Shown here piece by piece: positions 1 to 12,695 of a stretch of 64,000 nt of DNA. The stretch lies in NCBI RefSeq assembly GCF_006345805.1, contig NC_043023.1:17360001-17424000 (forward strand). The letters are read 5' to 3'. The position numbers and the translations under genes were made by a program. A model generated the notes under the pieces. It ran no database searches, was not told the origin of the DNA, and saw only the letters and a list, made by a program, of their open reading frames with translations. Each line of letters begins with the position of its first letter. The stretch's first letter is position 1. Origin of the DNA: Octopus sinensis (Eukaryota).

Positions 1-138
1 TTGTGTATCTAGTACTTGCTTCTTCTTTCAGAGGCCTTTTAATGTACATATATATGAATAACATATAGTCTAATGACTAATTTGTCTTTTGTGCTAGATC
101 ACTGGTAATAATAATTTATTTTATTACCCTTTTTACTA

Positions 139-230
<92 letters not shown>

Positions 231-232
<2 letters not shown>

Positions 233-574
233 TGACCCCTTCGGTCAGACACTGACCATGGGTTTGCACCTAGAGAGTTACCCTCCGAGGCACAAGTCTG
301 GGCAAGGTTGTTTTTTTCTTATGGAGGACCAGCAGTCGCCCATGCATACCGGCCTCCCCTCTCCACGTCACCGATGTTGTCCAAGGGAAAGGCAAAGACC
401 GATACAGCTTGGCACCTGTGACGTCGCAACTCATTTCTACAGCTGAATGAACTGGAGCAACGTGAAATAAAGCGTCTTGCTCAAGAACACAACACGCAGT
501 CCGGTCCGAGATTCAGGCTCACAACCTCACGATCGTAAGCTCGACGCTCTAACCACTGAGCCACGCGCCTTCAC
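231..574 (-). mobile_element. tRNA-derived CORE-type SINE (octopus OR-like)
   Basis: Minus strand begins gtgaaggcgcgtggctcagtggttagagcgtcg (tRNA A-box-like), followed by a B-box-like segment and a CORE-like tgttcttgagcaagac; flanked by (TA)n. Confidence 0.75.
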
Positions 575-679
575 ATATATATATATACATATATATGTGT
601 GTGTGTGTGTGTGCATGCCACAACATTCTGTGTATGTTGATATATATATGTACACTTTAATATGAATATGTATTGCAGT

Positions 680-1110
680 GTAATATTTATAATGCGTTTT
701 AATTTCCATGCATTAATTATATTTTCTTCATTAACGTCAATATATATTTTATTCAATGTAAGGTTTTTTCCTCGAATTTTATAATTTTTATAATTTTTAT
801 AATTTTTTTATATATATATACATATATTTCTGAGCTTATTTTTTTGTTTATCGCTCGAAGATTGACATTTATTTCTAAAGGGCCAATCAAACAAGACCAT
901 TTTTTTAAAGGTGTAGCGTTTGTAAGAGTCTGGATTGAATTGATATATCGGTTCCATTCTAGCAAAAACTGTCTGATGAACGGCAACAAGAAACTCAGAG
1001 TAACAGATTTTGTTGAATTTTCTGCTGCTTTAAATAAAGTATATTACTCTACCACTGGTATTTGAGTACTCTTTTTTCCACCTTGTTTCACATTTATGTG
1101 TTTCCTCCGG
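680..1110 (+). mobile_element. Penelope-like 3' end (pLTR) fragment carrying a minimal hammerhead
   Basis: Same family as 30860-31640; contains ctgt-CTGATGA...GAAA-CTCAGAG-TA-acag at 969-1006. Confidence 0.6.
969..1006 (+). ncRNA. Minimal type I hammerhead ribozyme (stem II carries a mismatch)
   Basis: Stem I ctgt/acag, CTGATGA core 973-979, GAAA 990-993, stem III CTC-A-GAG, GUA cleavage triplet. Confidence 0.6.
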
Positions 1111-1513
1111 TATATATATATATATATATATATAAGAAATTAAAAAAGGAAAATACACACTCTTACATAGTTCTAATATAATTTTTAATATATCGACCAG
1201 TTCCCCCATCGCTATTGATGATATTATGTTTTACTTATTTGAATATATATTTCTTCTTAAGAAAAAATTTTGTCCATATTGTGTGTGATGAAATTCATGA
1301 GTGAATAACTTCACAAGTAGATAAATAAAGGGAGGCAATTGGTTGTCGTTATTATTTTTTTTTTGTGGGTAAGGGAGATAACTGTTCAGCTTTCGGTAAT
1401 GGGAGGGGAATATATATGTGTACAGATAGAGACAAATTTTCAAAAATCTTGTTTAGTGAGGGGATTTATGTACAGTGATGTAATCGTGAATTGAAATATG
1501 TAAAAAGATAAAA

Positions 1514-1650
1514 GTTGGTTATGCGTGCATATTAAGACGTGTTTTGTATTTTTCAATGAAAAATATTTCTTTATTTAAACGATTTAGAATAAAGAAACAT
1601 TTTTCATTGAAAAATACAAAAAAAGGTCTTAATATATACGCATAACCAAC
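1514..1650. repeat. ~135-bp imperfect palindrome (fold-back/MITE-like); paralogous copy at ~40637-40770
   Basis: gttggttatgcgt...tttcaatgaaaaa / tttttcattgaaa...acgcataaccaac arms. Confidence 0.7.
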
Positions 1651-1867
1651 TTGCTCTGTCATGGTCAATGCGACGATCAAACGCTACACACATTCCTTCC
1701 AAGCACTGCTGTATATGATCTAGAACGTTAAAACTTAGCGCTCTTACATAACAGAGTCCCAGGCAAATTTTTGCCTTGCAGTTTTACCCAGCATGCTTAA
1801 GCTTCATCTTTCTCGGAACAATCCGGGTACTTATTGATCAGACCTCGTATATATATACATATATAAT

Positions 1868-1901
<34 letters not shown>

Positions 1902-1957
1902 CACACACATGAGGAGGCGTGTATTTAAATATGTGTGTATAATTGTTTATTTTTCAG

Positions 1958-2287
1958 GAATGGAAGCACCAATCTAATTTCGTTTGACTCTCATATTGCT
2001 GCCAGCTTTCACTCTTGTATTTTTTATGGCCCCGAGAACTGGATTATCAGCGTGTACAAAAGTCCTTTTCGTAGAAATCACTTCATCAAAATGCTTACAG
2101 GATGCGATTAGAATAACCGAGAACACGACGTCTGCAAAAGATTGTTCACTTCGGTGTATTTTACGAAACCAGTGCCAATATTTTAGCTACTGTAATGGCG
2201 CATGTCGTATGCATCAATCATTTCACGACAAAGAAATTAAGGATTTTGATTGCAACTGTTCATCATTTATTTTGCTCTCTGGAAGCG
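1958..2287 (+). pseudogene. Exon 1 of PAN/Apple-domain gene, copy A; in-frame TAA at codon 6
   Basis: ttttcag acceptor; ATG at 1960; TAA 1975-1977 where copy B has CAA; Cys pattern C...[24 protein letters not shown] is PAN-like; donor G|gtatgt after 2287. Confidence 0.8.
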
Positions 2288-2352
2288 GTATGTGAATCAC
2301 ACTTTTCTTACGTGCTTTTCTAATTTAAGCGTCATTAACACTATGTTAATAC

Positions 2353-2477
<125 letters not shown>

Positions 2478-2609
2478 CTATATATATATTTATATAAGTA
2501 TATATATATGTATTTATATATATATCTACATATGCATGTATACATATACTTTATATAAAAATACAGAAACACTTTCTATAAAATTTCAGAAGTGCGGATT
2601 TCAGGGTAA

Positions 2610-3192
2610 ATGAATAAAATATGAATGAGTTACAAAGTTGTACAGGTGTGTTGATTTCAGCACACAACCCCAAAAACAGTGAGGCATTCAACACTATTGT
2701 GCAAAATTTTCCTTTACTGACTAGAGATCAAAAAAGGAACGACATCCTGAAAACACGCAAACTCATCAAAAGCAAAAAAAAAAGATAAATCGCTAAAGAG
2801 ACTACTAACAAATGCGAAGCTTTACAAAATAACCACGAAACCAACTGTTGAAAAATGTGGACGCCCAAACTGTGGAACCTGCCCCAACCTGCTTGAAGGC
2901 TTGGATTTCTTTTTCAAACAAAGATAGAGGTTCACAATTAAAACTAGTTTCCCTTGTGCCTCTGAGAACCTAATTTATGTAATATCCTGCTCGAGTTGCG
3001 GACACCACTATATTGGACAAACAAGTATGACCTTGAGAAAGAGAACCACTCTACATAAAGAGCAAATCCGTTTCCCGCAATACAGACAAATTCCTCTCAA
3101 TGAACATATAGAAAAATGTGCGGGTAACATCAAACCAAATTTCACAGTCTTCCCTTTCTACCAGTGCAAAGACACAATCTCTCAACTAGAGC
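2610..3192 (+). mobile_element. Penelope-like element fragment (linker Cys motif + GIY-YIG endonuclease), degenerate
   Basis: Translates ...KCGRPNCGTC... then NLIYVISCSSCGHHYIGQTSMTLRKRTTLHKEQI, a GIY-YIG signature; frameshifts present. Confidence 0.85.
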
Positions 3193-3478
3193 GTTTACTG
3201 TTGCATATGAAGGAGCATTGTCTGTTAAGGTTCCTCTGATGTAGTCATGCCTTTCAAATGAAGGTACTTTATGACAGCACGATACACAGTTTTCTCCATT
3301 TTCCTTGTAACCTCGACGCTTGTTTATTCAAAAATCATCAACAAAAAAAGTTAAAATATCAGAATCATGAAAATGAGCAAAACTACTCCGAAAAGACTGC
3401 ACTTACCAGAAAAAAGCCGTATCAGCTACCGAGCAGCCTTGTTTCTAGGTTAGGCTCAAAACTTTTCATACACACCTC

Positions 3479-3479
<1 letters not shown>
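3193..3479 (-). mobile_element. Tc1/mariner 5' fragment (TIR + HTH N-terminus)
   Basis: Reverse complement of 38795-39100; TA-cgagg TIR start. Confidence 0.75.
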
Positions 3480-3516
<37 letters not shown>

Positions 3517-3669
3517 AATTAGAGATAAAACCACTATTATGCAACTCAAACAGTGATAGGCATAAACCAATACATAAATAACAAATAATATATATATATA
3601 TAATTTTTAAAAAATATAACTTATAACTAGATCTCAAAAGTATAAAATAAATATATAATATAATAAGTA

Positions 3670-3712
<43 letters not shown>

Positions 3713-3713
3713 A

Positions 3714-3813
3714 CTAGAGCCTCAGGCCCATGAAATCCTTGTCAGTGGATTTCGTAGACAGAAACTGAAAGAAGCCCATCGTATATATATATATATAATA
3801 TATATATATATAT

Positions 3814-3857
<44 letters not shown>

Positions 3858-4050
3858 GTCGTATATATGTGTATATTTGTGTATGTGTGTGTGTGTGTGT
3901 GTGTTTGTATCCCAATCGTCGCTTGACAACCGATGTTGCTGTGTTTACATCTCTGTAACCTAGCTTTTTGGCAAAACATACCGATTGAACAAGTACTAGG
4001 TTTACAAAAAATAAATCCTGTGGTTCGATTTCTTCAAGTAAAGGCGTTGC
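3714..4050 (+). mobile_element. 5'-truncated OR-type SINE with internal microsatellite (paralogue ~38140-38415, minus strand)
   Basis: gtggatttcgtagacagaaactgaaagaagccc...cgcttgacaaccgatg... matches the full copy at 59114. Confidence 0.75.
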
Positions 4051-4065
4051 GTCGGCATTCTTTAA

Positions 4066-4644
4066 CCTTTAAACGGCGAACGTAATCAATTGTTGTTTCG
4101 TTAGAGAAAAGTGGATAACATAATGTTTCACAAACTTTTACATAGATTCGCCACAAATCAATTCATGCCTGGGCGATTATTTCGTGAAATGTGCCTGAGC
4201 GTAAGCGGCCCTTATCGGTGGCAGAAATCCGGTCACAAACGGAAGATTTATACTGGAATGAAGAAATTTCCTTCTTTATCAGATGAAGTAGATGATGATG
4301 ATGATGATGATATTCTAGATAACACGGAAGAAAGTGATTGGCCGACTAACTATGGATCGATAAAGTGCATCGATTTTTGTCCATTTGTATATTTATTTGA
4401 CAACTATGCGGGAATCTTAAATAATTTTATGATAATGCCGGACGCAAAGAAAAGGGACTCTTTTATGGCACTCAAAAATAATGAGATCGTCAAATTTACT
4501 GTACGAGAGACTAACAATTATTATAACCTTTGTACTTAATTAAGATGAAAATAAATATAAAACTTACTCTTAATAAAATCGTTTGTTTCGTTTTTTGCCT
4601 GTTTGTTAAACATATTCATGCAACACTTTCTTGCCGTTTAAGGG
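4066..4644. mobile_element. Non-autonomous piggyBac-like element
   Basis: TTAA at 4062-4065 and 4645-4648; 12-bp TIRs CCTTTAAACGGC / GCCGTTTAAGGG; acidic DEVDDDDDDD remnant. Confidence 0.8.
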
Positions 4645-4705
4645 TTAACATCTTCTCTGTACATTTTCATGTAAATTATTGATTTCTATCAATTTACTGA
4701 TACAG

Positions 4706-4797
4706 TTACAGATTGGCAGAACGTATTTGAGATGACCCCAGACTCATTCAAAAAAAGTCCTATTTATTTATACTGGGACAAATTGCCTATTGAAAAG
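4706..4797 (+). pseudogene. Exon 2 of PAN-domain gene copy A (VTDWQNVFEMTPDSFKKSPIYLYWDKLPIEK)
   Basis: tacag acceptor (alternative NAG at 4711), AAG|gtaatg donor; phase 1 in and phase 0 out join exon 1 to exon 3 in frame; conserved in copy B. Confidence 0.75.
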
Positions 4798-6047
4798 GTA
4801 ATGAAATTTCAAAATTCTCCTCATTTAATAAACAATCTTCATTTTGGTCAATCCGCTATATTTCGGGGCATTTGATTTATCCCTTTTTTTCTGTCGATAT
4901 TAAAAGGGTGTATGACTTCAGTGCCCTTCGTACCGTCTATTTGTTCTTGCAGTTTGCCTTTAGTAACAAACAGGATCCAGTTTCGATACTCTGGCTTATT
5001 TTCATGCACGTTATGGTTATAACTAGAAAAGGGGATTTAAGGGGGAGCTTGGAGAACGATAGAACCACAGCAGATGTTGGATCGATGAGGAATACATATT
5101 TTGAAGTGAAATAACAAGGGACTTTAACTGCTAAAATCGAAATAAGAATGGTGAGTGGTTATAAGTGTAGGTGTATAGGGTTGGGTAGACATGAGGTGGA
5201 GAAAGAAGGGGAGAGATTATAAGAAGGTTCTGTATCAGCGAGGAAAAACGTTTGTCTTGCATTTTAAAAGGAAGAGGTGGAAGGATGAAATTCACGAATA
5301 TGTAGATGGGACAGTAAAAATGCTTTTAATTCGAGACGAACTTCAGAAAAGCTACACTCTACCAGGGTCAAAAGAACTTGTTGGACACACCTACACACGT
5401 ACCCCAGCATTTGGTCAGAAGCTACTGACCCTCTGGCATCCGCTTCACCTAAGAGTCTTGACCAAGGAAGAGGCGGATCGAAAGCCCCTTTCTTGAGGTG
5501 ATGTCACAACTCCTTTACTTCCGTTCCTGATATCTCTCTTCATTCCTCCACAGAACATCGATATGTGTTTGATGTGGGATCGATTCTTGCTGGTTTTGTC
5601 TTTGTTTTATCCTGATTTTGTCAGGGTTTTCTAGTTCCTGTAGATGCAACAAAACTTTTAGAAAGACTCCGAAATCATGACTCATTAGTCAGTAGTCTGA
5701 TTCTCTGTCTCGTAAGTCAGCCACGTTTTCCTCTCAAACCCAATCACTTTCTGTCTTAATTTTGCACTTCTAACGCGACATAGCATCTCGTCTTCTCATT
5801 TTCCTTCATTCTGTCTGTCTGTCTCTATCTCTCTCTCTCTCCTCCTCTTCCTCCTATCTCTTGACTTCTCTACTCTTTTTCTCCTGCACTCAAAGTCTCA
5901 CTCTTTCCCCCACTATTCTCTCCATCTCATTCTCGCCCTCCTACTCTCTCCTTATATCACATCCTAGTCTCCTTTCTCTTCCTACAACTCTGCCATCCCT
6001 CATTCTCTGAGATTTGTCACTTGTTTGAGTTTACTTTCCATTTGCAG

Positions 6048-6193
6048 GTGAAATTTCGGGTGAAAGCAGAACCACGTGATTACGTATTCGTTTTCAATGG
6101 AAAAGGGACGAATTCTACATCGTGGTTCCAGAAAGATAAACTCATTTCAAAGCCGTGGTTGAGGGATCCACAAACTGTGACTTTCAATGCGAA
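6048..6193 (+). pseudogene. Exon 3 of PAN-domain gene copy A (VKFRVKAEPRDYVFVFNGKGTNSTSWFQKDKLISKPW...)
   Basis: tttgcag acceptor, open frame, AA|gtatat donor at the same position in both copies. Confidence 0.7.
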
Positions 6194-6694
6194 GTATATA
6201 TCATCTCCTTACTCATAATTAACATCTTTAATTACTTAATAATTGTTCTTTTGAACAAATTCACGGTGTATATATAAGAGGAAAGTTCACAGATATACTT
6301 TATATCTCATTGTTGTATAATATTATAATTCCATAATAATAATAATACTTTTGTACTATAGGAAGAACGTCTGACAGTTTGTTGGGGGCGGTGGATGGGG
6401 TTAGTCAATGGCATCGGTACCAGTGTCAAACTGGTAATCATTTCAACGACCCGGCGGAATATGAACTCAGGATGTATAGACGGACAAAATACTGCTAAGC
6501 ATTTTATCCGGCATGCTAAAGATACTGCCAACTCGCTGACGTATAATAATGATAATGATAATGTTTTCGTTATGAACCTTAAGGTTTGACAAAAAGATCG
6601 ATGATGGTACAATTGATTTTGTGTGGGATTACATTAAAAAAAAGCATGTAAGCATAGAAAATAACAAAAATATAAGAAAAACAATTTATCAATT

Positions 6695-7106
6695 TAATGT
6701 AAAGTATAGAAGCCATCTTATCATGGCTAACCACATGGGGGGGGGGGGGTTGTTACTGTAGCTTTATAGCCCCAAGAGATCTTCGTCTCTAGCTGGCTCT
6801 AAACACAATATCTGTGTCTTTGGAGTATTGCAAAGGGAGGCCATCCTTCCTCGCAAGCCCGAGTGATACGCTCGAACTAGTTCGGGATGTTGTGTCCCTC
6901 GTCAACGGGCGGCACACCCACCAGGTAGCGATGAAAGTGAAGGCTCCTTTGCAAATAGATATAAGTTTTTCTAATGGCGTCTGCCACTGATGTCGAAAAA
7001 CGAACAGGGACATGGTTAGCCATGATAAGATGGTTTCTATACTTTACATTATCGAGCGATTACTGTTTCAATCTCATTCTGAGATTTAATTATAAATTTA
7101 TCAATT
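6695..7106. mobile_element. ~410-bp insertion with 12-bp target-site duplication and internal ~40-bp inverted repeat
   Basis: aatttatcaatt at 6683-6694 and 7095-7106; single copy at the empty paralogous site 35458-35469; IR ~6697-6737 / ~7012-7050. Confidence 0.75.
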
Positions 7107-7484
7107 GTAATATATTAGTTTCAGTTACCCGAACTTTACCATTGTGATTGACAACTGGAAGATAGAACTCAAAAGAAAAAGTGGAAATAAGGAAGAGTAC
7201 GATATGTTTTACAAAAATCCGGACGGTAGTAAGTAAAACATCGCCTCCTGATTTCAGTGTAATTGATTTCTAACTCTGTGTTGGCGTACGCGAATGCATG
7301 CGTGCATGTGTGCGTGTGTGTGTGCATGTGTGTGTGCATGCGCGCACAGCTGTGGTTTTCAAGAAGCATTGTCTCAAACATATAAATCTTTGAAATAGTT
7401 TTTCTTTAAAGCCAAAACAATGCAAGTTGTAACAAAATATTAATAATACAAGTCAGTGGTTTATACTCTTCTCTAGTATTTCAG

Positions 7485-7668
7485 TATTTCGAAGCTAGGA
7501 ATCCTTCTTCGGGAAATTTACGGACAAACGGTGCTGATGACTGTTTTCCCTGCTCTCTGGCGTGTGATTATGAAGAGTTGGTTTGTGTTGCTATACACTG
7601 AACCTCAAAAGAAACGCGACATGTGTGTGACTGTGAAATATGTTTTAATTTCTTTATGTCTGAGATAA
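7485..7668 (+). other. Candidate exon 4 of PAN-domain gene copy A (uncertain)
   Basis: tttcag acceptor; phase matches exon 3 donor; frame open in both copies; 5 of 8 inter-copy substitutions are at third positions; no convincing donor found. Confidence 0.3.
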
Positions 7669-7728
7669 ATTTTGATAAATCTGATAAACCTATCAATGGA
7701 TTCAGTGATAGGTTGAATATTTTTTCAG

Positions 7729-7960
7729 TGTCTAAAAAGCATTACGGCGAGAAAAGACAAAGACAGTACGTGGATTGCTAGAAATCGGATCTGACACATC
7801 ACCAACTCGCCTTACTCCTGCCTTTCCGTTTTCGGAAAACAGGTGCACAGTTATTTGCGGAATGGTCAAATTAATTTCAATGACACAAAAACCTGAAATA
7901 TTATCAATTTTATTTAGTGTTTTCAGCGGTCAACTTAGAAACAAACTTTACTTTTTATAA
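7729..7960 (+). pseudogene. Candidate terminal exon of copy A, with a 1-nt indel relative to copy B
   Basis: tttttcag acceptor; TVRGLLEIG...PAFPFSENRC frame; 6 of 7 downstream inter-copy changes are at third positions. Confidence 0.45.
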
Positions 7961-8107
7961 GGATATATGTGTATGAATGTATGTATGCACGCATGCATGT
8001 ATGTATGTATGCATGCATGCATGTATGTATGTATGTATGTATGTATGTATGTATGTATGTATGTATGCATGCATGTATGTATGTACGTGTGTATGTATGT
8101 ATATATA

Positions 8108-8203
<96 letters not shown>

Positions 8204-9309
8204 ATATGATGGGCGTGTTTGTGTGTGTGTGATGATCATCGGGGAATTTAGAGTTAATTTCATTAATTTCTAACAATTATTTCATTATTTTTTTTCCAGA
8301 TCTATATGAAAGTTTCGAAGTTATGGTCATCTCAGTGATTTTGAAGTAGAATATATGTTATTCCAGAAACTGCATATTCTTACATACATGCGCTCATACA
8401 TACACACACACATACACACACACACACACATAAATACATACATACATACATAAATACATGCATACATACACACATACATACACACACACATACATTCATA
8501 CATACATACATACATAAAATACATACATACACACGTACATATATACATTCATACATAACATACATACATACACACATACATACATACATACATACATACA
8601 TACATACATACATACATACATACATACATACCAAGATAGGACATCGTTCAACAGATACGCTGTGAACTTAATGCTTTAATAAAAGAGAAAGACTCAAGGT
8701 TTCAGAAGGAAAGGAAAAGCCTACAGGAGTTAGAAAGAAGAATAAAAGATGAGAGAGGAAGAGAGAGAGAGAGAGAGAGAGAGAGAAAACGGACCAAGTG
8801 TTAGGAAGCGGATGAAATGCAGTTCAATGAGGAGGGACTTCATAAGGGAAGAGGGATGGGTGTCTGTGTGCAAGTATACAAGTGGAACCTTATCTGAATC
8901 GGGACATGTAGGAAGGTGTGTGTGTGTGTGTGTACGGTTGTTTGGGATATGCATGTGTCTAGAAGTGCGCAAATTCAGAGGTTTAGTGGCGTAGATTCGT
9001 GGGGTATGCGAGATTTTGGTGTGTGTGTGTGAGTTGTCGTTAAGAAGAATGTGTCGATGTGAGGAGGTAGAAGTGTGCACGAGTGAGAAGGAGATGAAAA
9101 GGCGAGAGGAATGAGGAGGGAGTGATGGATGTGTGGGAAAGTATACGAGTGTGAAACGGTTTCAGGCGGACGGAAGGTTTGTGCTGAAATAAGCATGAAA
9201 GAGAAAAGACACAAGTTCTGTGGGAGAAGAACGGTTGAAGAAAAAATATTTAAAAATTTTAAGACATTGGTAATAATTAATAAAATCCAGATGTGAGAAA
9301 AATGTACGC

Positions 9310-9572
9310 GAATTGCTAGTGAGTTGCCATTGAAGACAGAAACTAGCGATCAGTCAGCCATCTACATTTTTTCCATCCGGTGGCATTCCAGACGTTTGGT
9401 GGAGTCGGTCCACTAACTGCGAGTTTCCTGTCTTCTGTGGCAACTCACTAGCAATTCGCCCAGCAGAGGCAACTGGTGAGGCTCGCGACGGCGCTTGGCT
9501 GTTCCATTGCCTCAGACTCGCCATCACCCATGGCAACGCGTCAAGCATACTGGCGTGCCCCAATAGCCTAAA
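9310..9572 (+). mobile_element. CRE-like non-LTR retrotransposon 3' end (restriction-like endonuclease C-terminus) with short inverted 5' piece
   Basis: Translates ...AEATGEARDGAWLFHCLRLAITHGNASSILACPNSL; 9310-9346 is an inverted piece of the same element. Confidence 0.7.
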
Positions 9573-10721
9573 CGGGTGAATTGTTTTTGTTTTTTTCTCT
9601 TTTTTCTTCTGTCTTTTTTATTTTCGATTTTTTCATTTGTGTTTTCTGATTTGTCCAATTTTCTAATTCAATCTTTTAAAACGGTAAACACTGTGAAGGC
9701 AATAAATTGCGAAAAAAAGTGTAAGTCACAAGCAAGATTTTTCTAAACAAACTTGGAGTATTTCGTTTTTGGATTTGGTTTGCAAGATTCTTTATGTGAG
9801 TTCGTGTGTTGAAGCATATTCTGTTGTGTCTGGGGAGAGTGATTGTCTTTTTGTGCCTTATAACACACTCACCGGTAAAATTTCCACTTTTTTCTTATTT
9901 CTTATTTTCCTAAAATTTTCGTTGCGTCTTGCAACCTTTTCAATAATCTTGACTCTGTCCGTTATTTACACTGCGTCCCCTTTTGCTTGTTTGAGCTCAT
10001 GTGTGTGGGTCAGTGTGTGTGTGTACCTATACATGCATGCATGTATGTATGTCTGTATATATGTATGTATGTATACATGTATGTATATCTGTGTTTGTTT
10101 GCATGTGTATGTATATATGTTTGTGTATGCATATGTATATATGTATGTATGTATGTGTATCTGTATGTACGTATCCTGCATATTTCTGTGCTTGCATGTC
10201 CGTGTTTGTGTATTTCCTATGTATGTGTGTGTAAGCGTGTCTTTATATGTATGCATCCGTTTCTCCATATTTGTCTGTTTATAAATGCATGCATACATGT
10301 ATAGGCACACACACACACTGACTTACACACACACTGACACACACACTGAATCACACACATACGCACAAACAAAGAAAAGGGAACGCATTGTAAATAAGGG
10401 ACAGAGTCAAGACTATTGAAATGGTTGCAAGACGCAACGAAAATTTCAGGAAAATAAAAAATAAGATAAATAAGAGGAAATTTTACCGGTGAGTGTGTTA
10501 CATAAAAAGGCACAAAATGACTCTCCCCAAACTTGGATTAGATATGCCAAAAACATGTAAAATAAACAGTAAATGTAGACGAAAAACAACAAAAAAAAAT
10601 CCCCAAAACTTACACTATTGAACTCACTTTTATTTTATCAATATCATCTCGTGATAATTATACATACATAAATACATACATACAAACATACATACATACA
10701 TATATACATATACACACACAC

Positions 10722-10793
<72 letters not shown>

Positions 10794-10805
10794 ATATATA
10801 TATAT

Positions 10806-10860
<55 letters not shown>

Positions 10861-10892
10861 TAGATATAGATATATATATGTGTGTGTGTGTG

Positions 10893-10927
<35 letters not shown>

Positions 10928-11281
10928 AATCCCAAAAAAGAAGAACAAACATAAAGAAAATACAAAAAGAAACAATGCGAGGACGTGGTACATGTAAAGT
11001 ATTAGCAGACGCTGAGGGAAGAAAGGAAGATGGTTTAACGTTTCGAGCAACGCTCTTCCTTCTTCAGAAACAGAGGAATCTCCAATAGAAAGGAAGACGG
11101 AGGAAAAAATCGCCAACGATTCACACGTGGTTACATTTTGAATATATATATTCTTCCCGGCATGCCCTATACTGCCGGGTAAGTTTTACGTCTGCGCAGA
11201 GATTTGAAAAGTTAAGATCTGCTAGTAGTCGGGTTCAACACATAGTCCCACATCGCTGCAGACCTCGATTAAATTTAGGCG

Positions 11282-11355
11282 ACTCGCTGATGAAGCTGGC
11301 CTTAGCAAACATATTCTGTGTTTTGCTAGAAAGAAGCAGAAACCGCGGTACGAGT
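11282..11355 (+). ncRNA. Type I hammerhead ribozyme with extended stem II
   Basis: Stem I actcg/cgagt; CTGATGA 11287-11293; GCT/AGC plus inner TAGCAAA/TTTGCTA stem II; GAAA 11339-11342; palindromic stem III CCGCGG; GUA triplet. Confidence 0.75.
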
Positions 11356-11468
11356 TGTTAAAGTTATCGGTAAACGTTTTTGATTCTCACTCTCGATACA
11401 TTCATCCCCTTTTTGTGTTCCCAGCACTCGGCATCTTAATTTAGGAGCCCTTAATTGTATATATATAT

Positions 11469-11502
<34 letters not shown>

Positions 11503-11509
11503 CATATAT

Positions 11510-11548
<39 letters not shown>

Positions 11549-11550
11549 TA

Positions 11551-11600
<50 letters not shown>

Positions 11601-11774
11601 TACATATATATATACACACACACAAACACACACACACTCACACACATACACACACACACACTATATATATATATATATATAAGCATAACAAATGCGCAAC
11701 CGGTAAAAAGAACTTTCACCTAATTAAATACCTCTCCCTTACTTAAATTATTTTGTCAGCATTTTCTTCATTTC

Positions 11775-11818
<44 letters not shown>

Positions 11819-12249
11819 TATATATATATAATATATATATATATATACATATACACATTCGCATCTTTATTTCCCTTTTTATGTTTAATATATTTTCTGA
11901 AATATTCTGTTGCACACAAAGACAAGTTTATGTATTTGCTTTCCCAATGTAATATTCAAAGAGTGATTATTCTATGTTGTTTCTTTGCTGTTGTAATTTT
12001 TCCTCTGTGACTCATTTATTTTATTGTTGTTAAATAAAACAATTTTCATCTGAGAAAAATCCTCGTCTGTCATTTTTCTGAAACATTTCTCTTCTCTATA
12101 TTAACTACAACATACAACATTAATGTTAAAGGGGTGACTCCACCGTAAGGAATCTTATTTGACAACTGACAGAACCAACGCTTAAAAAAGCTTCTACAAA
12201 CATTTTAAGATTTGTGATCTATACAACCATTCACCCCAGCCTCTCTCTG

Positions 12250-12560
12250 TGTGAGCTGGTTGAATCGTTAGCACGCCGGGCGAAATACTTTGCGATATTT
12301 CATCTATCCCTACGTTGTGAGTTCAAATTCCGCCGAGGTCGACTTTGCCTTTCATCCTTTCGGGGACGATAAATTAAGTACCAGTTACGCACTGGGTTCG
12401 ATATAATCGACTTAATCCCCTTGTCTTTCCTTGTTTGTCCCCTCTGTGTTTAGCCCCTTGTGGATAGTAAAGAAATAGGTCATTCGTCCGCTAAAACGGC
12501 GAGCTGGCAGAAACGTTTGCACGCCGGGCGAAATGCGTATTTCGTCTGCCGTTACGTTCT
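12250..12560 (+). mobile_element. OK-type tRNA-derived SINE (partly duplicated head)
   Basis: gagctggttgaatcgttagcacgccgggcgaaat...gagttcaaattccgccgaggtcgactttgcc. Confidence 0.8.
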
Positions 12561-12695
12561 GTTGTGAGAAATCCTTTACTCGGAAATCAAATCTTGTTAT
12601 TCACAAAAGAACTCACACCGGAGAACTCCCTTGTCCTTGTGAAGTTTGTGGGAAATACTTTATTTCTGATGATAATTTAAACAAACGAATCCATG
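12560..12695 (+). pseudogene. C2H2 zinc-finger fragment (paralogue ~25590-25718, minus strand)
   Basis: [31 protein letters not shown], then frame breaks. Confidence 0.7.

Noticed and set aside
4111-4539. 142-aa ORF as a transposase gene
   Set aside because: It lies inside a 579-bp non-autonomous piggyBac-like element, with no catalytic DDD domain visible.
5191-5496. 101-aa ORF conserved at 36686-36991
   Set aside because: Conservation is explained by the segmental duplication; most differences are non-synonymous, it is intronic, and I recognise no domain.
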